Source of the DNA: Synechococcus elongatus PCC 6301
GTDB lineage: Bacteria; Cyanobacteriota; Cyanobacteriia; Synechococcales; Synechococcaceae
Direction of reading: 5' to 3'
Assembly (NCBI RefSeq): GCF_000010065.1
Contig: NC_006576.1
Coordinates: 840,001 to 872,000 of the forward strand
Length of the DNA stretch: 32,000 nt
This document shows, piece by piece, positions 13,765-23,618 of the stretch. Numbering within the stretch: the stretch's first letter is position 1; each line of letters begins with the position of its first letter. The notes beneath the pieces are model-generated. The model saw only the letters and a program-made list of their open reading frames with translations, ran no database searches and was not told the DNA's origin. Made by a program: the position numbers and the translations under genes.

Positions 13765-14652
13765 TCAAATCGAGGGCTGAACCGAGGCATCACAGTTCAG
13801 CTGAGGGCGGGTTGACTGGCTAACCCAGGTTTGAATTGCTTCGGCCACCGCATCGGTTTGCTCCAGCATGGCTAAATGCCCACAGTGCCGAAGCTGTCGC
13901 AGATTGCGGCCTTCCAGACCAAAGCTGGGATGGAAACTGGCAAGATGCTGCACGTAAGCAGGCGGCATGATCGAATCGCGATCGCCCGCTAAAAAGTAGA
14001 CCGGCTGCGTCAGTCGAGCGACCAAACTCGGCAGACAGTGAACCTGTTCTGCGGTGGTGGAATCCAGCAGAATCCCAATTGCTGCCCTAGCATCAGCCCC
14101 CAAGAAATCCTGCAGGCGCTGTCGCGCCCACTTGCGGGGCAAAGGTCGATGCACACTATCCCAACAGAAAGGCAGCTCAGCGCCCGGAATCTGCCGTAGC
14201 CACTGCGGTCGCCAGCGAATCAGCTGCTGACCAAAGCCCCGAAATCGTTCAAACTCTCGCTCGATATAGATGCCGCCGCCCGCATTTACCCCGATGACGC
14301 CTGCCACGCGATCGGGACAGAGCCGTGCTGCCCACAGCGCAACAGTGCCACCCAAGGAGTGACCTACCAGCCAAACCCGCCGCAGATCCAAAGCCGTCAG
14401 CAGAGCAATCAAGTCTTCGGCATAATCCGCAGGACTATGGCCCAGATCAGGATTGGCTGCGGATTCCCCAAAACCCCGCAGGTCATAGCTGAGGCAAGGC
14501 CACTGCGATCGCAGTCGAGTGATCAGCGGTTGCCAATAGGTACGACTCAGCAACCAGCCGTGAAGAAATACCAGTGTCAGTTCAGGGTCGCCGTCCGTTT
14601 GATCAGTTTGATCGTAGGCGTGCAACGATCCCCGTAAATTCAGATGGGGCAT
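13765..14652 (-). CDS. Alpha/beta-fold hydrolase
   Basis: LVFLHGW oxyanion region, nucleophile elbow GHSLGG, C-terminal HCGH. Confidence 0.85.
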   Translation of the reverse strand: MPHLNLRGSLHAYDQTDQTDGDPELTLVFLHGWLLSRTYWQPLITRLRSQWPCLSYDLRGFGESAANPDLGHSPADYAEDLIALLTALDLRRVWLVGHSLGGTVALWAARLCPDRVAGVIGVNAGGGIYIEREFERFRGFGQQLIRWRPQWLRQIPGAELPFCWDSVHRPLPRKWARQRLQDFLGADARAAIGILLDSTTAEQVHCLPSLVARLTQPVYFLAGDRDSIMPPAYVQHLASFHPSFGLEGRNLRQLRHCGHLAMLEQTDAVAEAIQTWVSQSTRPQLNCDASVQPSI

Positions 14653-14727
14653 GCCTTTAGGATAAAGGCTTTGAGCCTGCAGGATTTACTAACGACTGGC
14701 ACAGCGCCCAAGCGAGTGGCAGCAGGA

Positions 14728-15276
14728 ATGGGGTTTTGGAAGAGTTTATTCTCTGCGCTAGATACACCTGTTGCAGCTCCCAGCTCAGTTCCTGCAGATG
14801 ATCCCTTGGCAGGCTATGGCCCCCAAGCTGTGGAGATCACCCCCGCGATCGCGGCCAATCAGCGTCTCATTCTCAGCACCCGTCGCGACATCGATCTGCA
14901 AGAATTAGAAGCCCTCTGTGACGCTGTCGGTTGGTCACGTCGTCCCGTCCGCAGAGTGCGCCGTGCCCTCGACAACAGCTTTTTAGTTGTTTCCCTTTGG
15001 GAACAGTTGGCTCAACAGCGGCGGCTGATCGGCTTTGCCCGTGCCACTTCTGACCACGCGTTCAATGCCACGATTTGGGATGTGGTGATCAACCCCAGCT
15101 TCCAAGGACAGGGTTTAGGGCGCGTTTTGATGGAATACGTGATTGCTCAGCTGCAACAAGCTGAGATTCCCAACATCACCCTCTTTGCCGATCCCCATGT
15201 GGTTGATTTCTATCGGCGTCTTGGCTTTGTGCTCGACCCCGAGGGCATCAAGGGCATGTTTTGGTATCCCAGTTAG
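14728..15276 (+). CDS. GNAT family N-acetyltransferase
   Basis: [18 protein letters not shown] (acetyl-CoA binding Q/RxxGxG/A motif). The ATG at 14728 avoids overlap with the divergent hydrolase start. Confidence 0.8.
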   Translation: MGFWKSLFSALDTPVAAPSSVPADDPLAGYGPQAVEITPAIAANQRLILSTRRDIDLQELEALCDAVGWSRRPVRRVRRALDNSFLVVSLWEQLAQQRRLIGFARATSDHAFNATIWDVVINPSFQGQGLGRVLMEYVIAQLQQAEIPNITLFADPHVVDFYRRLGFVLDPEGIKGMFWYPS

Positions 15277-15290
15277 GGGGATCGCAGCGC

Positions 15291-15884
15291 ATGGATGACC
15301 TCCAATATCTCTGGACACTGCTGAGCGGTGAATTCAGTAACCAACCCCAAGCAATCGCAGAGCCCGTTCACTTTGTGCAACTGCGACTGTGGCAGCGGCC
15401 GCTCCTGTTGTTTGGGCACGATCGCCCTTGCCTCTTCCTAGAGCAGGCCAATGCCTTGCAACTCGATCGCCCCTATCGTCAGCGATTGCTCTGCTTAGAA
15501 GCCGATTTCTCAGGTCAACTGAGCGCTCAGTTCTATCAATTCAAAAATGCAGCCGCAGTGCTCGGTGCCGGCCAAGATCCCGATCGCCTGCGATCACTGA
15601 CCCCCGAAGATGTCCAGCTTCTAGAAAGCTGTCGCTTGGCTGTGGAACAAACCAGCCGCGGCGGTTACAACGCGCAATTACCGGCAGGTTGCCGCTGTCG
15701 ATTTTGGACCGATGGCATTGAGCGCCAAGTCAGCTTGGGCTTTGAAGTCTGGAGTGAGAGCGATCGGGTTAACTTCCACAGCTTCGATCGCGGCATTGAT
15801 CCCGAAACAGGTCGCAGCCTGTGGGGCGCGTTGATGGGACCCTACGAGTTCACGAAAGTTGCGGACTATGCCGTTACCGGTTGA
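15291..15884 (+). CDS. cpcT: Phycobiliprotein chromophore lyase, CpcT/CpeT family
   Basis: N-terminal LSGEFSNQPQA motif and a length of about 197 aa fit CpcT/CpeT (DUF1001). Confidence 0.78.
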   Translation: MDDLQYLWTLLSGEFSNQPQAIAEPVHFVQLRLWQRPLLLFGHDRPCLFLEQANALQLDRPYRQRLLCLEADFSGQLSAQFYQFKNAAAVLGAGQDPDRLRSLTPEDVQLLESCRLAVEQTSRGGYNAQLPAGCRCRFWTDGIERQVSLGFEVWSESDRVNFHSFDRGIDPETGRSLWGALMGPYEFTKVADYAVTG

Positions 15885-16013
15885 GTTTTAAGTCGTCTTC
15901 AGTCTGCGATCGGAACAGCTTCAGCACGATCAGTACTTTTGCGATCGCCTACGCAATGAGCAAGGGACAGCAGACTTCGCAAGAATGGGAACTATTCTGG
16001 TTTCCCTCTCGCT

Positions 16014-17228
16014 ATGAGTTCTTTTGCCCTCAGTTGGTCTGAGCTGGCTACTTTGACCGATTTCAACCCCGATCGCGTCAATGGCCCCACCAATGCCCAG
16101 AGCACCCTACGACTGTTTGGGCAGCCGGAGTCGGCAGTGCGCGTTACCCTCTATCGCGATCACCATGCTTGGTGTCCCTATTGCCAAAAGGTCTGGCTTT
16201 GGCTGGAGGAGAAACAAATTCCCTACCGCATCGCCAAGGTGACGATGTTCTGCTACGGCGAGAAAGAGACCTGGTACAAGCGCAAAGTCCCCTCGGGGAT
16301 GCTGCCAGCATTAGAACTCGATGGCCGAATCATTACGGAAAGCGATGACATTCTGCTGGCGCTGGAGTCTACTTTTGGACCACTGATGCATAGCCTGCTG
16401 GATCGGACCGTTTTACCCCTGCGCCGACTGGAGCGGGAACTCTTTCGGGCTTGGTGTGGCTGGCTTTGCTATCCCTCGCGATCGCCCCAACAGGATCAGC
16501 AAGGGCGCACTGCCTTTCAAGCGGTAGTTGATCGTGTTGAAGCAGCTCTGGCGAGTACCCCCGGCCCTTACTTCCTTGAGTGCTTTGGGGTGACGGATGT
16601 GATTTTCACGCCCTACGTCGAGCGGATGAACGCCAGCCTTTTCTACTACAAGGGCTATTCCCTGCGCGAGATCAACCCACGCCTCAGCGACTGGTTTGAG
16701 GCGATGGAAAGCCGCGAAACCTATCGGGGCACCCAGAGCGACTTCCATACCCACGCCCACGATTTGCCGCCGCAAATGGGCGGGTGCTACGCCAACACCG
16801 ATCCACAAACGGCGGTATGCCAAGCCCGTGTGGATCAAGGCCCTTGGTTTGGGTTGCCCGATGTGACTTATCCTGAGCCGCCCACGGCTCGCCAAGAAGC
16901 CCTACAACGGGTGTTGCGCCACAAAGACACGCTAATCCGCCTGAACCCACTAGAGGCTGAGGTCTTCGATCCGGCTCTCCGCGCTGCGCTCACCACGCTA
17001 ATAACCGGCCAAGTTTGTCCGCCACCGGCTGGCTCTGATCGAGGACTGCGCTATCTGCGCGATCGCATCAGCGTGCCTCGTGATATGTCGATCTATGCGG
17101 CCAAACACTTGCGGGAAGCCTTGGAGGCAACAGCACAACTAGCGGGCGATCGCCAAGGACCAGCGATTTCCATGCGCGATCGCCGTGACCAAGATCCTGC
17201 CCGCTTTGCCAGTGCAACCGCTTGTTAA
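16014..17228 (+). CDS. Glutathione S-transferase-like protein with a thioredoxin-fold N-terminus
   Basis: [22 protein letters not shown] (glutaredoxin/GST N-domain), followed by a helical C-domain and a long C-terminal extension. Confidence 0.65.
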   Translation: MSSFALSWSELATLTDFNPDRVNGPTNAQSTLRLFGQPESAVRVTLYRDHHAWCPYCQKVWLWLEEKQIPYRIAKVTMFCYGEKETWYKRKVPSGMLPALELDGRIITESDDILLALESTFGPLMHSLLDRTVLPLRRLERELFRAWCGWLCYPSRSPQQDQQGRTAFQAVVDRVEAALASTPGPYFLECFGVTDVIFTPYVERMNASLFYYKGYSLREINPRLSDWFEAMESRETYRGTQSDFHTHAHDLPPQMGGCYANTDPQTAVCQARVDQGPWFGLPDVTYPEPPTARQEALQRVLRHKDTLIRLNPLEAEVFDPALRAALTTLITGQVCPPPAGSDRGLRYLRDRISVPRDMSIYAAKHLREALEATAQLAGDRQGPAISMRDRRDQDPARFASATAC

Positions 17229-18739
17229 CGCTGAGCCTGGAGCTGCGCAATCACGGCAAACCGCACATCCTGTCCCCGTTGCAGCGACCGTAGGCCCGGA
17301 TTCTGCTCGGTCAGGAACCCGAGTCCTTTCTCCTGTCCTGTCAGCAGATAGTCGGCGATCGCGACGCGATACCAGCGATCGGGCCGCAGGGGCTGACCTT
17401 GGATTTGCCAGCCCCGATCGCTCCGCTGCACGCCATCGGTTTGCAGGAAGCCGCCACTGCCCCGATTTTTGAGTCCCTGTTCTAAAACCCGTTGCAGCAG
17501 CTCACCTCGCATTTCTACCGAGGCGATCGCCCCCCCAAAGGGCAGCATTCGAATCACGTCGTACTGACTAATCGGCCCCGATGGCAATACATCATCAATC
17601 CGAATTGCGCCGCTGTTATAAATCGCTAGCTCAGCTGTCGGTACTGCCCGCAGATAACTTTTAGCAATCAAGCGTGTCAGTGCTGTTGATTCGTTACGGA
17701 CAGAACTTTCTAGCCCATCCAGCGGTTCGGTGGTACGCCCCACGATCGCACTGGGGTCAAAGCCTTGGGCACGGAAGCCGGTGAATCCTTTTTCCAGCCA
17801 AGTCTGCACAACAGCAGCTGTTGTCGGATCTTCAGGAATCACTGGCGTGATCGGCACGAGTTGCGAACTGATCTGTAGATCGCGACGATCGCTGTCGTAG
17901 GTCAGCCGATGCACGTAGACGGTGCGGGCGTTGGCATCAGCCTTGAAGATTGGCGTGAAGTCATCGCCCACCCACTGCTGGATATTTTCATGCTCGTGCC
18001 CACCCAAAATCAGGTCCAAAGCCGGTAGCGATCGCGCCAGTCGTTGGTCCTGTGAGAGATTCAAATGAGTCAGCCCAATAAACAAATCAGTGTTGGACTG
18101 ACGCTGCTGGATCTGTTGTTGCAGGGTCTTCAGCGGATCGCCGTAGCGGACGTAGGGAGCTTGGTTGCTATCGATCGTTACCCCTAAAACCGAGACTTTC
18201 AGCGGCGGGCAAACGGGCTTTTGGCAATCGGTCGCCTGCACCTGAAATTGGTAGTCCGTTTGGGTGTTGGGGAACAAGCGACCCTGAGCATCGAGCACGT
18301 TACCCGTTACCAACGCGAACTTCTGCTCCTGCAATCGCTGGCGCAACTGGGCTTCAGAAATATCAAATTCATGGTTGCCAAAGGTCGCTAAGTCCAGGCC
18401 CATTGCATTCAGAACAGCAACCATTTGTTGCCCAGCCAAGCGATCGCCGTTGACCTTCGCTGTTCCCAAGGCAGAAGGACTGAGGTAGTCGCCTGCCAAC
18501 ATCGACCAAGTCTGCGGATTCTCTGCCTTCAGTTGCTTCAGCAAGGTCGCAACCCGCGCTAAACCGCCGCTCCGTCCACCCTGTACTGGCGTAATTTCGT
18601 AGACGTCATTCAGCTGCAGAATCTGAAAGCGGTAGATCTCTGCTGCCGCCGGCCCCATCCAGCCCAGCCCCAGTGCTACCCCGATCGCCAGCGATCGCCC
18701 CAGTCGCATCCCCATTTCCTTTGTTCTGCTCCCACTCAT
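17225..18739 (-). CDS. Bifunctional metallophosphatase / 5'-nucleotidase (UshA-like), exported
   Basis: Signal-like N-terminus, metallophosphoesterase motifs GNHEFD and GGHEHE, C-terminal 5'-nucleotidase domain. Confidence 0.85.
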   Translation of the reverse strand: MSGSRTKEMGMRLGRSLAIGVALGLGWMGPAAAEIYRFQILQLNDVYEITPVQGGRSGGLARVATLLKQLKAENPQTWSMLAGDYLSPSALGTAKVNGDRLAGQQMVAVLNAMGLDLATFGNHEFDISEAQLRQRLQEQKFALVTGNVLDAQGRLFPNTQTDYQFQVQATDCQKPVCPPLKVSVLGVTIDSNQAPYVRYGDPLKTLQQQIQQRQSNTDLFIGLTHLNLSQDQRLARSLPALDLILGGHEHENIQQWVGDDFTPIFKADANARTVYVHRLTYDSDRRDLQISSQLVPITPVIPEDPTTAAVVQTWLEKGFTGFRAQGFDPSAIVGRTTEPLDGLESSVRNESTALTRLIAKSYLRAVPTAELAIYNSGAIRIDDVLPSGPISQYDVIRMLPFGGAIASVEMRGELLQRVLEQGLKNRGSGGFLQTDGVQRSDRGWQIQGQPLRPDRWYRVAIADYLLTGQEKGLGFLTEQNPGLRSLQRGQDVRFAVIAQLQAQR

Positions 18740-19651
18740 TCACGGACTCGAGGCTAGATAGCCGTTACGCTCCAGAAAAGCACGCAGGGCTTCTGGGAAG
18801 TTGCGGTAGCGCACTTCTTTCCCCTTACAGCGACCTTGATCGTCGTAAGTCCCTAGGCATTCTTCCAGCCCCCACTCGGAGGGTTCATAGCGAGATTCCA
18901 CCAAGGCCCAAGCCTGAGGGAATTTGCCCAAGATGGCTTGAGTCGCGGCATAGCCCGCGAGAAGACCGTTGCTATCTGGCGATCGCGGCGGGGTCTCCTG
19001 AATTGCCTTGAGCATCCGCTCAGCAGCTTCTTCATGTAGACGACGGAACTGAGGCTGCTGCGAGACATTGATGAACTTGCCGTTCTGCAATTGCCAGACC
19101 TGCACGGGTGGGGAGCTACCGGCATAGGAGCTGAATTGATAAAGAAAGCGATTGTCGACATCCACAAATTCCGATTGCCCATCGCCATCAACATCAACGA
19201 GGGGATGAGGCCCCCCGTCAAAGCTGCCCAAAGCCAGCGATCGCCACTGTTTACCGCTGGGATCGCTACTGATCACTTCCACCTGATTGCAGCAGTGTGC
19301 TCCACCGGTGTAGTGCGAGATGATCACTTCTGGATAGGGATTGCTGGCGTCCATCTCAGCAATTTCCACCAGCGTGTCCATGCCTGGCAGATCAGGACGG
19401 AGAGCACGAAAAACAGTTTTGCCACTAACTTGCACTGTCACAACAGGCGGTGGGGGATCACCATCCGGCGTGGTGCTGCGTGGAACATTGATGCTGACAC
19501 TGACAGGATTCACCGTGAGCAGCTGTTCGCCGGGACCGCTACTTGAATTGAAGTTCAGCGTAGTGGCGGCTTGAGCGATCGCTGCACCATTACCACCCAA
19601 AAAGCTCAGGGCAAGCAGCCAAGCGCTGAGGTTTATTCGCATCTCCCACAC
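18740..19651 (-). CDS. Exported hypothetical protein with an FG-GAP/VCBS-like Asp-rich segment
   Basis: Signal peptide (LLALSFLGGNGAAIAQA); DVDGDGQSEFVDVDN. Its stop is immediately followed by the downstream ATG (TGAATG). Confidence 0.6.
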   Translation of the reverse strand: MWEMRINLSAWLLALSFLGGNGAAIAQAATTLNFNSSSGPGEQLLTVNPVSVSINVPRSTTPDGDPPPPVVTVQVSGKTVFRALRPDLPGMDTLVEIAEMDASNPYPEVIISHYTGGAHCCNQVEVISSDPSGKQWRSLALGSFDGGPHPLVDVDGDGQSEFVDVDNRFLYQFSSYAGSSPPVQVWQLQNGKFINVSQQPQFRRLHEEAAERMLKAIQETPPRSPDSNGLLAGYAATQAILGKFPQAWALVESRYEPSEWGLEECLGTYDDQGRCKGKEVRYRNFPEALRAFLERNGYLASSP

Positions 19652-19689
19652 CCCAATGAGCCTACCGATTCTGCCGCGATCGCCCTGCC

Positions 19690-20346
19690 CTAATCCGCAA
19701 TTTGCAACTGCTGACGAACCTCAGCTACAGGCAGCGCCCAGAAATGATCCCAGCGCTGCGCCAGCAACAGTTGTGGCGAATGGCGCCCCCGCCGAAAAGC
19801 ATCGGAAATCGCATCAACCAAGGCTGGGATGCGATCGGGCTGAGCCACCGAGGTGCGCAACAACCCCATACTGACCACAACCACGCTGAAGGGAATCGGC
19901 AGTTGTCCCATCAGAAAGGCTTGCAGGGCTACTTCACCCCGAGGATCAGTCCCCAACCCCGTCGCGATGTGGTGAAAATCGTGGGTGGTTCGCCAGAGTC
20001 GCTTGAAATAGCTCAGGTCATCATCGCCTTCAACCGGCGCAATTTGGATGACGTAGTCGGGGTCAAAGCCATTGCCGACCAGCATCTCCGCATAGACTCG
20101 ACCAAAACTACCCTCGGGGAGTTGCAGCAAGCTCGACAAGTTGAGTTCGGGCAGCACCCAGCGCTCCTCGAACAACTGGCCGGCAGCAGGATCATTGCGC
20201 AGCGCCTCAACCGTCAAGCGACCATATTCACCGGCCTCTAAGGCATCCTCAGCCGTGAAGAGACGACGGACGTCAAAGTCAGCCTCAAACAGACTTTGCA
20301 AGGCCGAAAATCCTTGTAATTGCTGTTCAAGCTGGGTGTCGATCAT
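19690..20346 (-). CDS. Coq4-family protein
   Basis: HDFHHIATGLGTDPRGEVALQAF matches the Coq4 HDxxH-x11-E zinc motif. The ATG at 20346 has AGGAG 8 nt upstream. Alternative starts are 20382 and 20478. Confidence 0.7.
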   Translation of the reverse strand: MIDTQLEQQLQGFSALQSLFEADFDVRRLFTAEDALEAGEYGRLTVEALRNDPAAGQLFEERWVLPELNLSSLLQLPEGSFGRVYAEMLVGNGFDPDYVIQIAPVEGDDDLSYFKRLWRTTHDFHHIATGLGTDPRGEVALQAFLMGQLPIPFSVVVVSMGLLRTSVAQPDRIPALVDAISDAFRRGRHSPQLLLAQRWDHFWALPVAEVRQQLQIAD

Positions 20347-20420
20347 CACAAAAACTCCTGCAGTATTCGAGGCTCGCTGCATCAGAGGCTGCAGCCCGAT
20401 CGCTTCAGATGAATCGAGGC

Positions 20421-20711
20421 TTAGCTGTCTTCGGCATTCGGCGGCTGGTGAGGCGACAGTGCGGGCAGGCGATAGCACTGTTCAAGGTAACGCTGCCGAT
20501 AGCAACGCCAGTAGTGAACAGGATTGAGAATAGCTCTGCGATCGCGCTGAAAAAGTGGCTGAGAAAGATAGTCCTTCCACGGAAATGCCAAGCTCCAGCC
20601 GGTAGTAGGCGAGAACATCAGACCGGCCCCCAGAAGAATGCAATAGAAATACTCTTGGCTCCAGTGTGCCCCGCGATTTTGGCCCCTACGACATATGCAA
20701 CAGTGCTTCAT
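20421..20711 (-). CDS. Small hypothetical membrane protein (Cys/Trp/Tyr-rich)
   Basis: 96-aa ORF with one hydrophobic stretch. No family recognised. Confidence 0.3.
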   Translation of the reverse strand: MKHCCICRRGQNRGAHWSQEYFYCILLGAGLMFSPTTGWSLAFPWKDYLSQPLFQRDRRAILNPVHYWRCYRQRYLEQCYRLPALSPHQPPNAEDS

Positions 20712-20835
20712 TTAAGCCAGCAAGTACCCTAAACGCTAGCCATCCCAGGGCGCGATCGCGACGCCAGTACAATCCACTGAGGTGAAGCGGCGATCTGACA
20801 CAAACCCATGAAGGGCGATCGCGTCGGTAGACAGC

Positions 20836-20870
20836 AAAAAGCCGCTCTAGGGCTGACCCAAAGCGGCTTT
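20836..20870 (-). terminator. Intrinsic terminator downstream of the tRNA-Leu sequence
   Basis: On the minus strand: AAAGCCGCU - 15-nt loop - AGCGGCUUU, followed by UUG. Confidence 0.7.
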
Positions 20871-20880
20871 CGTTTTGTGA

Positions 20881-20963
20881 TGGGCAAGGTGGGACTCGAA
20901 CCCACACACTATCGCTAGCGGCAGATTTTGAGTCTGGATAGTCCGCACCTTAAACCCTTGCTC
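20881..20963 (-). tRNA. tRNA-Leu(CAA)-derived sequence. The 3' two-thirds are canonical and the 5' D-arm region is non-canonical, so it is probably an att-site remnant or pseudo-tRNA.
   Basis: Minus strand: ...CAGA CTCAAAA TCTGC (anticodon CAA), long variable arm CGCTAGCG..., T-arm GTGGG TTCGAGT CCCAC, acceptor 3' strand CTTGCCC plus A73. The putative 5' acceptor strand GAGCAAG pairs at 6 of 7 positions. I can fold no convincing D-stem or GG D-loop. Confidence 0.6.
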
Positions 20964-21020
20964 AGCAATTATTCTTGGGCGATGTTCAGGTCAGTGGACT
21001 AAAAAGGGGCGGATAGTGGA

Positions 21021-21455
21021 CTAGCTCAGCGCTGCCAGAAGGTCAGCTTTCCGCATGCGGCTCCAGTTCGGAATCTGGCGCTGCTGAGCGATCGCCTTCA
21101 GCTCGCGGATGGTCATCGAAGCGCAGACAGTCGGGATGTTTGCATCGACAGCAGCGGTGTGCGTCTGAACCATGTAGACCGTCAGTGCCCAAGGCTCGAT
21201 CGCAGCGCGTAGTGCGGGGGCCTCTTCGCCCAGTTGCTCAGCCACGAATCGGCGGAAGCCGTACTCAGCGATCGCGACGCGGTGTGCCAGGTGAGTGTTG
21301 TACCAGCGGCGAGCGATGCGACCGGCCACGATGGTGCGCCCTGCCCAGCGTCCGAGGTGACGGCCAGCGACGGGAGCGTACTCAGCGATGACTGCGCAGG
21401 CCAGCATCAGCATCAGCTGGGCGAGGCCTGCGGTATGGGTGAATGTATTTTTCAT
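21021..21455 (-). CDS. Phage hypothetical protein with a C-terminal Rho_N/HeH-like motif
   Basis: C-terminus MTIRELKAIAQQRQIPNWSRMRKADLLAAL resembles the Rho N-terminal / SAP-HeH helix-extension-helix motif. The internal ATG at 21455 is preferred over the track start. Confidence 0.55.
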   Translation of the reverse strand: MKNTFTHTAGLAQLMLMLACAVIAEYAPVAGRHLGRWAGRTIVAGRIARRWYNTHLAHRVAIAEYGFRRFVAEQLGEEAPALRAAIEPWALTVYMVQTHTAAVDANIPTVCASMTIRELKAIAQQRQIPNWSRMRKADLLAALS

Positions 21456-21613
21456 GGTGTGAATCTCGGGAATGTGTAGAGCGGCGATCGCGGAATGTGT
21501 AGAGCGTCGCGACCGACTTCCATATAATAACAACAGGTTTTGTCTACCGTCAACAAGATTCCTTGGATCTCGTCGGCAAGGACAGACAAGCCCCGCCGAG
21601 GCAGGGCTAGTGA

Positions 21614-21820
21614 TCACTGCTGCTGGCGCTTCTTGGCTCGCCAGCGCCGCTGTCGCTCGGTAGCAGTGAGTGGGCGATCGCCGAGGGTCGGCCTGCCAGC
21701 ACTGCCTCCGGTGAAGGATCGCCTGCAGGATTTGCAGCGCCAGCGCTGGCGACCATCCTCGCTGTGGCCGTAGCGAATCACGTCGCAGCTACTGCAGTTC
21801 GGGCAGGGTGGGCAGGTCAT
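21614..21820 (-). CDS. Small zinc-ribbon protein (IS1 InsA-like CxxC...CxxC finger) with a basic ERQRRWR tail
   Basis: CPNCSSCDVIRYGHSEDGRQRWRCKSCRRSF, then TATERQRRWRAKKR. Confidence 0.55.
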   Translation of the reverse strand: MTCPPCPNCSSCDVIRYGHSEDGRQRWRCKSCRRSFTGGSAGRPTLGDRPLTATERQRRWRAKKRQQQ

Positions 21821-21830
21821 GGTGCAGTCC

Positions 21831-22478
21831 TCAGGGTTTCAGGCAGCGATCGAGGAGCAGCTCTTTGGTGCTGAGCAGCCAGTTGCAGAGTGTGTCTGCC
21901 TGTTTGGCGAGACTGCGATCGCGGCTGAGTCGGTTGATCTGCGACAGCGCATAGATCGCCTGCACCATCCCAAACTGGAAGTCGCTCAGGAGTTCAGCAT
22001 CGGTCTTTGCTGCCGGATTGGACTGCGTGAAGCGGCCACTTTCGTCGCGGTTCCGATGCCAGTCAGCGGGCGCTGTCGTCTTGCGCCGGAGTGGCACAGG
22101 CTGCGAGGTGGGCAGCGCTGCAGTGGGCAGGGCTTTTTGATCGCGCTCCTCGGACTCGCGAATCCTCAGGTAGAAATACTCTTGGGCAGCAGCCACTGAG
22201 CGCTTTCTTGGGTCGGAGTTCATCGCCACGAGGTATGCCGCCAAGCGCGATAGCCTGTAGTCCTCTCTCGGGCGTCCGCCTGTTTTGAACTTTGTTATCG
22301 TGCGGCTGAAGTGATCTGCTACATGCTTCCCACGGCGCTGGCATGAGATGATCGCGCGATCAATGGCGTTGGTGAAATGCTGCCAGTGCGGGTAATCCAG
22401 AAAACCCATCAGCTCGCGCCCATTCCAGAACTCTTGGCCGTTCTCGACGTGGCGAATGCTGTCAAACGGTGAAGTCAT
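21831..22478 (-). CDS. DNA damage-inducible protein D-like (DinD / BRO-N domain)
   Basis: PFDSIRHVENGQEFWNGRELMGFLDY..W..F..AIDRA...C and YRLSRLAAYLVAMNSDPRKRSVAAAQEYF closely follow the DinD pattern as I recall it. Confidence 0.7.
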   Translation of the reverse strand: MTSPFDSIRHVENGQEFWNGRELMGFLDYPHWQHFTNAIDRAIISCQRRGKHVADHFSRTITKFKTGGRPREDYRLSRLAAYLVAMNSDPRKRSVAAAQEYFYLRIRESEERDQKALPTAALPTSQPVPLRRKTTAPADWHRNRDESGRFTQSNPAAKTDAELLSDFQFGMVQAIYALSQINRLSRDRSLAKQADTLCNWLLSTKELLLDRCLKP

Positions 22479-22540
22479 TGTTCAGTTATCCAGAAAATTG
22501 GTGATTGGGCTGTGTCGCTAGATCCGAACGGTTCGGGAAA

Positions 22541-22819
22541 TTAGCCGATGCAGACGTAGACGCCGCGTGAGCGAACTAATGCGTAAGTGGTGCCGTGTCG
22601 GTCTTCGTAGGTCTTCGGCGCTTCGTCGATCGGATAAGCGCGGCCTTGGCAATAGACGACACGGCAGTACAGCTCACTGGCTGGCAAGGGCTGATGGCAA
22701 TGCGGGCAGGTCTCCCAGCGATGAAGCGCTGGCAACAGCGGGCCAGCTTCCGGAAATTCGTGCGCGGTTCGGTAAGCCGCCTGATGGGCAGCCTTGTCGA
22801 TGTCGAATGAAGGATTCAT
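22541..22819 (-). CDS. Phage hypothetical protein (CxxC-containing)
   Basis: Internal ATG at 22819 (MNPSFDID...); CPHCHQ and YCRVVYC. The longer track ORF would run through the divergent HTH gene. Confidence 0.45.
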   Translation of the reverse strand: MNPSFDIDKAAHQAAYRTAHEFPEAGPLLPALHRWETCPHCHQPLPASELYCRVVYCQGRAYPIDEAPKTYEDRHGTTYALVRSRGVYVCIG

Positions 22820-22841
22820 GATTGTTGTGTTCGAAAGGACA

Positions 22842-22879
22842 AGAAAGGCGGCTTGCTTACCAGGCGGGGTCGCCTTTCT
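22842..22879. repeat. R0: hairpin element in the divergent intergenic region, a degenerate relative of R1-R4
   Basis: AGAAAGGCG - 20 nt (contains CCAGGC) - CGCCTTTCT, then TCTATG. It resembles GAAAAC..CCCAGCC..GTTTTCC..CTTGCTATG of R1. Confidence 0.35.
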
Positions 22880-22962
22880 TCTATGCCTAGAGTTACAGCA
22901 CCATATGCTGCTGTCAATATGCAGGGCTGATAAAATTTGAGGTACCAAGAGAGGAGAGGTCG

Positions 22963-23181
22963 ATGAAAGTGCGTTGTAAGCTACCGGAGCTAATCCGAGA
23001 TGCAGGCTTAACACAAGGAAGAGTGGCAACAGAAGCAGGGCTGAGCCCCGTGACTGTGAGTAAGCTGTGTCGTCAACACTTCAGCCAGATAGACGTTGAA
23101 ACGGTTTACAAGCTATGCCGCTTCTTCCAGCTCAAATCAATTGATGACCTGTTAGAAATTGAGCGTAGCGAGCCTTCTTGA
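22963..23181 (+). CDS. XRE/Cro-type helix-turn-helix regulator (paralog 1)
   Basis: MKVRCKLPELIRDAGLTQGRVATEAGLSPVTVSKL...LCRFFQLKSIDDLLEIE is the short XRE HTH pattern. Confidence 0.8.
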   Translation: MKVRCKLPELIRDAGLTQGRVATEAGLSPVTVSKLCRQHFSQIDVETVYKLCRFFQLKSIDDLLEIERSEPS

Positions 23182-23195
23182 GTTTCCTCGCTTGA

Positions 23196-23240
23196 CCGCG
23201 AAAACTCCTCCCAGCCTGCGTTTTCCGTTTCTCTTCTTGC
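23196..23240 (+). repeat. R1: conserved ~40-bp inter-cassette element
   Basis: ccgcGAAAACtcCTCCCAGCCTGCGTTTTCCGTTTCTcttcttgc, about 15 nt after the HTH1 stop. Confidence 0.8.
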
Positions 23241-23272
23241 TATGAAACCGCTTTTAGCGTTATCAAAAGCCG

Positions 23273-23512
23273 ATGAAAGTGCGTTGCTACCTAAGAGAAC
23301 TGATGGAAGAGCGAGGGCTTGATCAGAAGTCCTTGGCGATCGCAGCTGGCTTAGGCGTAACGACCGTGAGCCGCCTTTACAAGAACCGGTTTGACCGCGT
23401 GGACGTGACGACACTGACAAAGCTGTGCAAGTTCTTCCAGCTCAAGTCAGTTAACGAACTTTTAGATATCGAAGTAGAAGATGAAGATCCGAGGTCTCAA
23501 GACCCTTGGTAG
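23273..23512 (+). CDS. XRE/Cro-type helix-turn-helix regulator (paralog 2)
   Basis: MKVRCYLRELMEERGLDQKSLAIAAGLGVTTVSRL...LCKFFQLKSVNELLDIE. The first 14 nt of the CDS are identical to paralog 1. Confidence 0.8.
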   Translation: MKVRCYLRELMEERGLDQKSLAIAAGLGVTTVSRLYKNRFDRVDVTTLTKLCKFFQLKSVNELLDIEVEDEDPRSQDPW

Positions 23513-23557
23513 AGTTTTTATTGACGCCAATAAAAAGCCTCTGACCTTTTTGGCGAC

Positions 23558-23605
23558 CCCGCCGAAAAACCCTCCCAGCCTGCGTTTTCCGTTTCTATTT
23601 CTGTT
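23558..23605 (+). repeat. R2: conserved ~40-bp inter-cassette element
   Basis: cccGCCGAAAAAcCCTCCCAGCCTGCGTTTTCCGTTTCTATTTCtg. Confidence 0.8.
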
Positions 23606-23618
23606 AGTAAATACCCTT

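Noticed and set aside
20686-20907. 73-aa minus-strand ORF spanning the tRNA 3' end and its terminator
   Set aside because: It reads through the tRNA T-arm and the terminator hairpin, so a structural RNA or terminator explanation is better.
22541-23029. Long (162-aa) version of the minus-strand ORF, and the long (132-aa) version of 23481..23879
   Set aside because: The N-terminal extensions run through the divergent HTH gene start or through repeat R2 and are hydrophobic or low-complexity. Internal ATGs give compact, sensible proteins.
23106-23420. 104-aa minus-strand ORF across the HTH1/HTH2 spacer
   Set aside because: It is antisense to two well-supported HTH genes and to repeat R1, with a Ser/Arg-rich translation.
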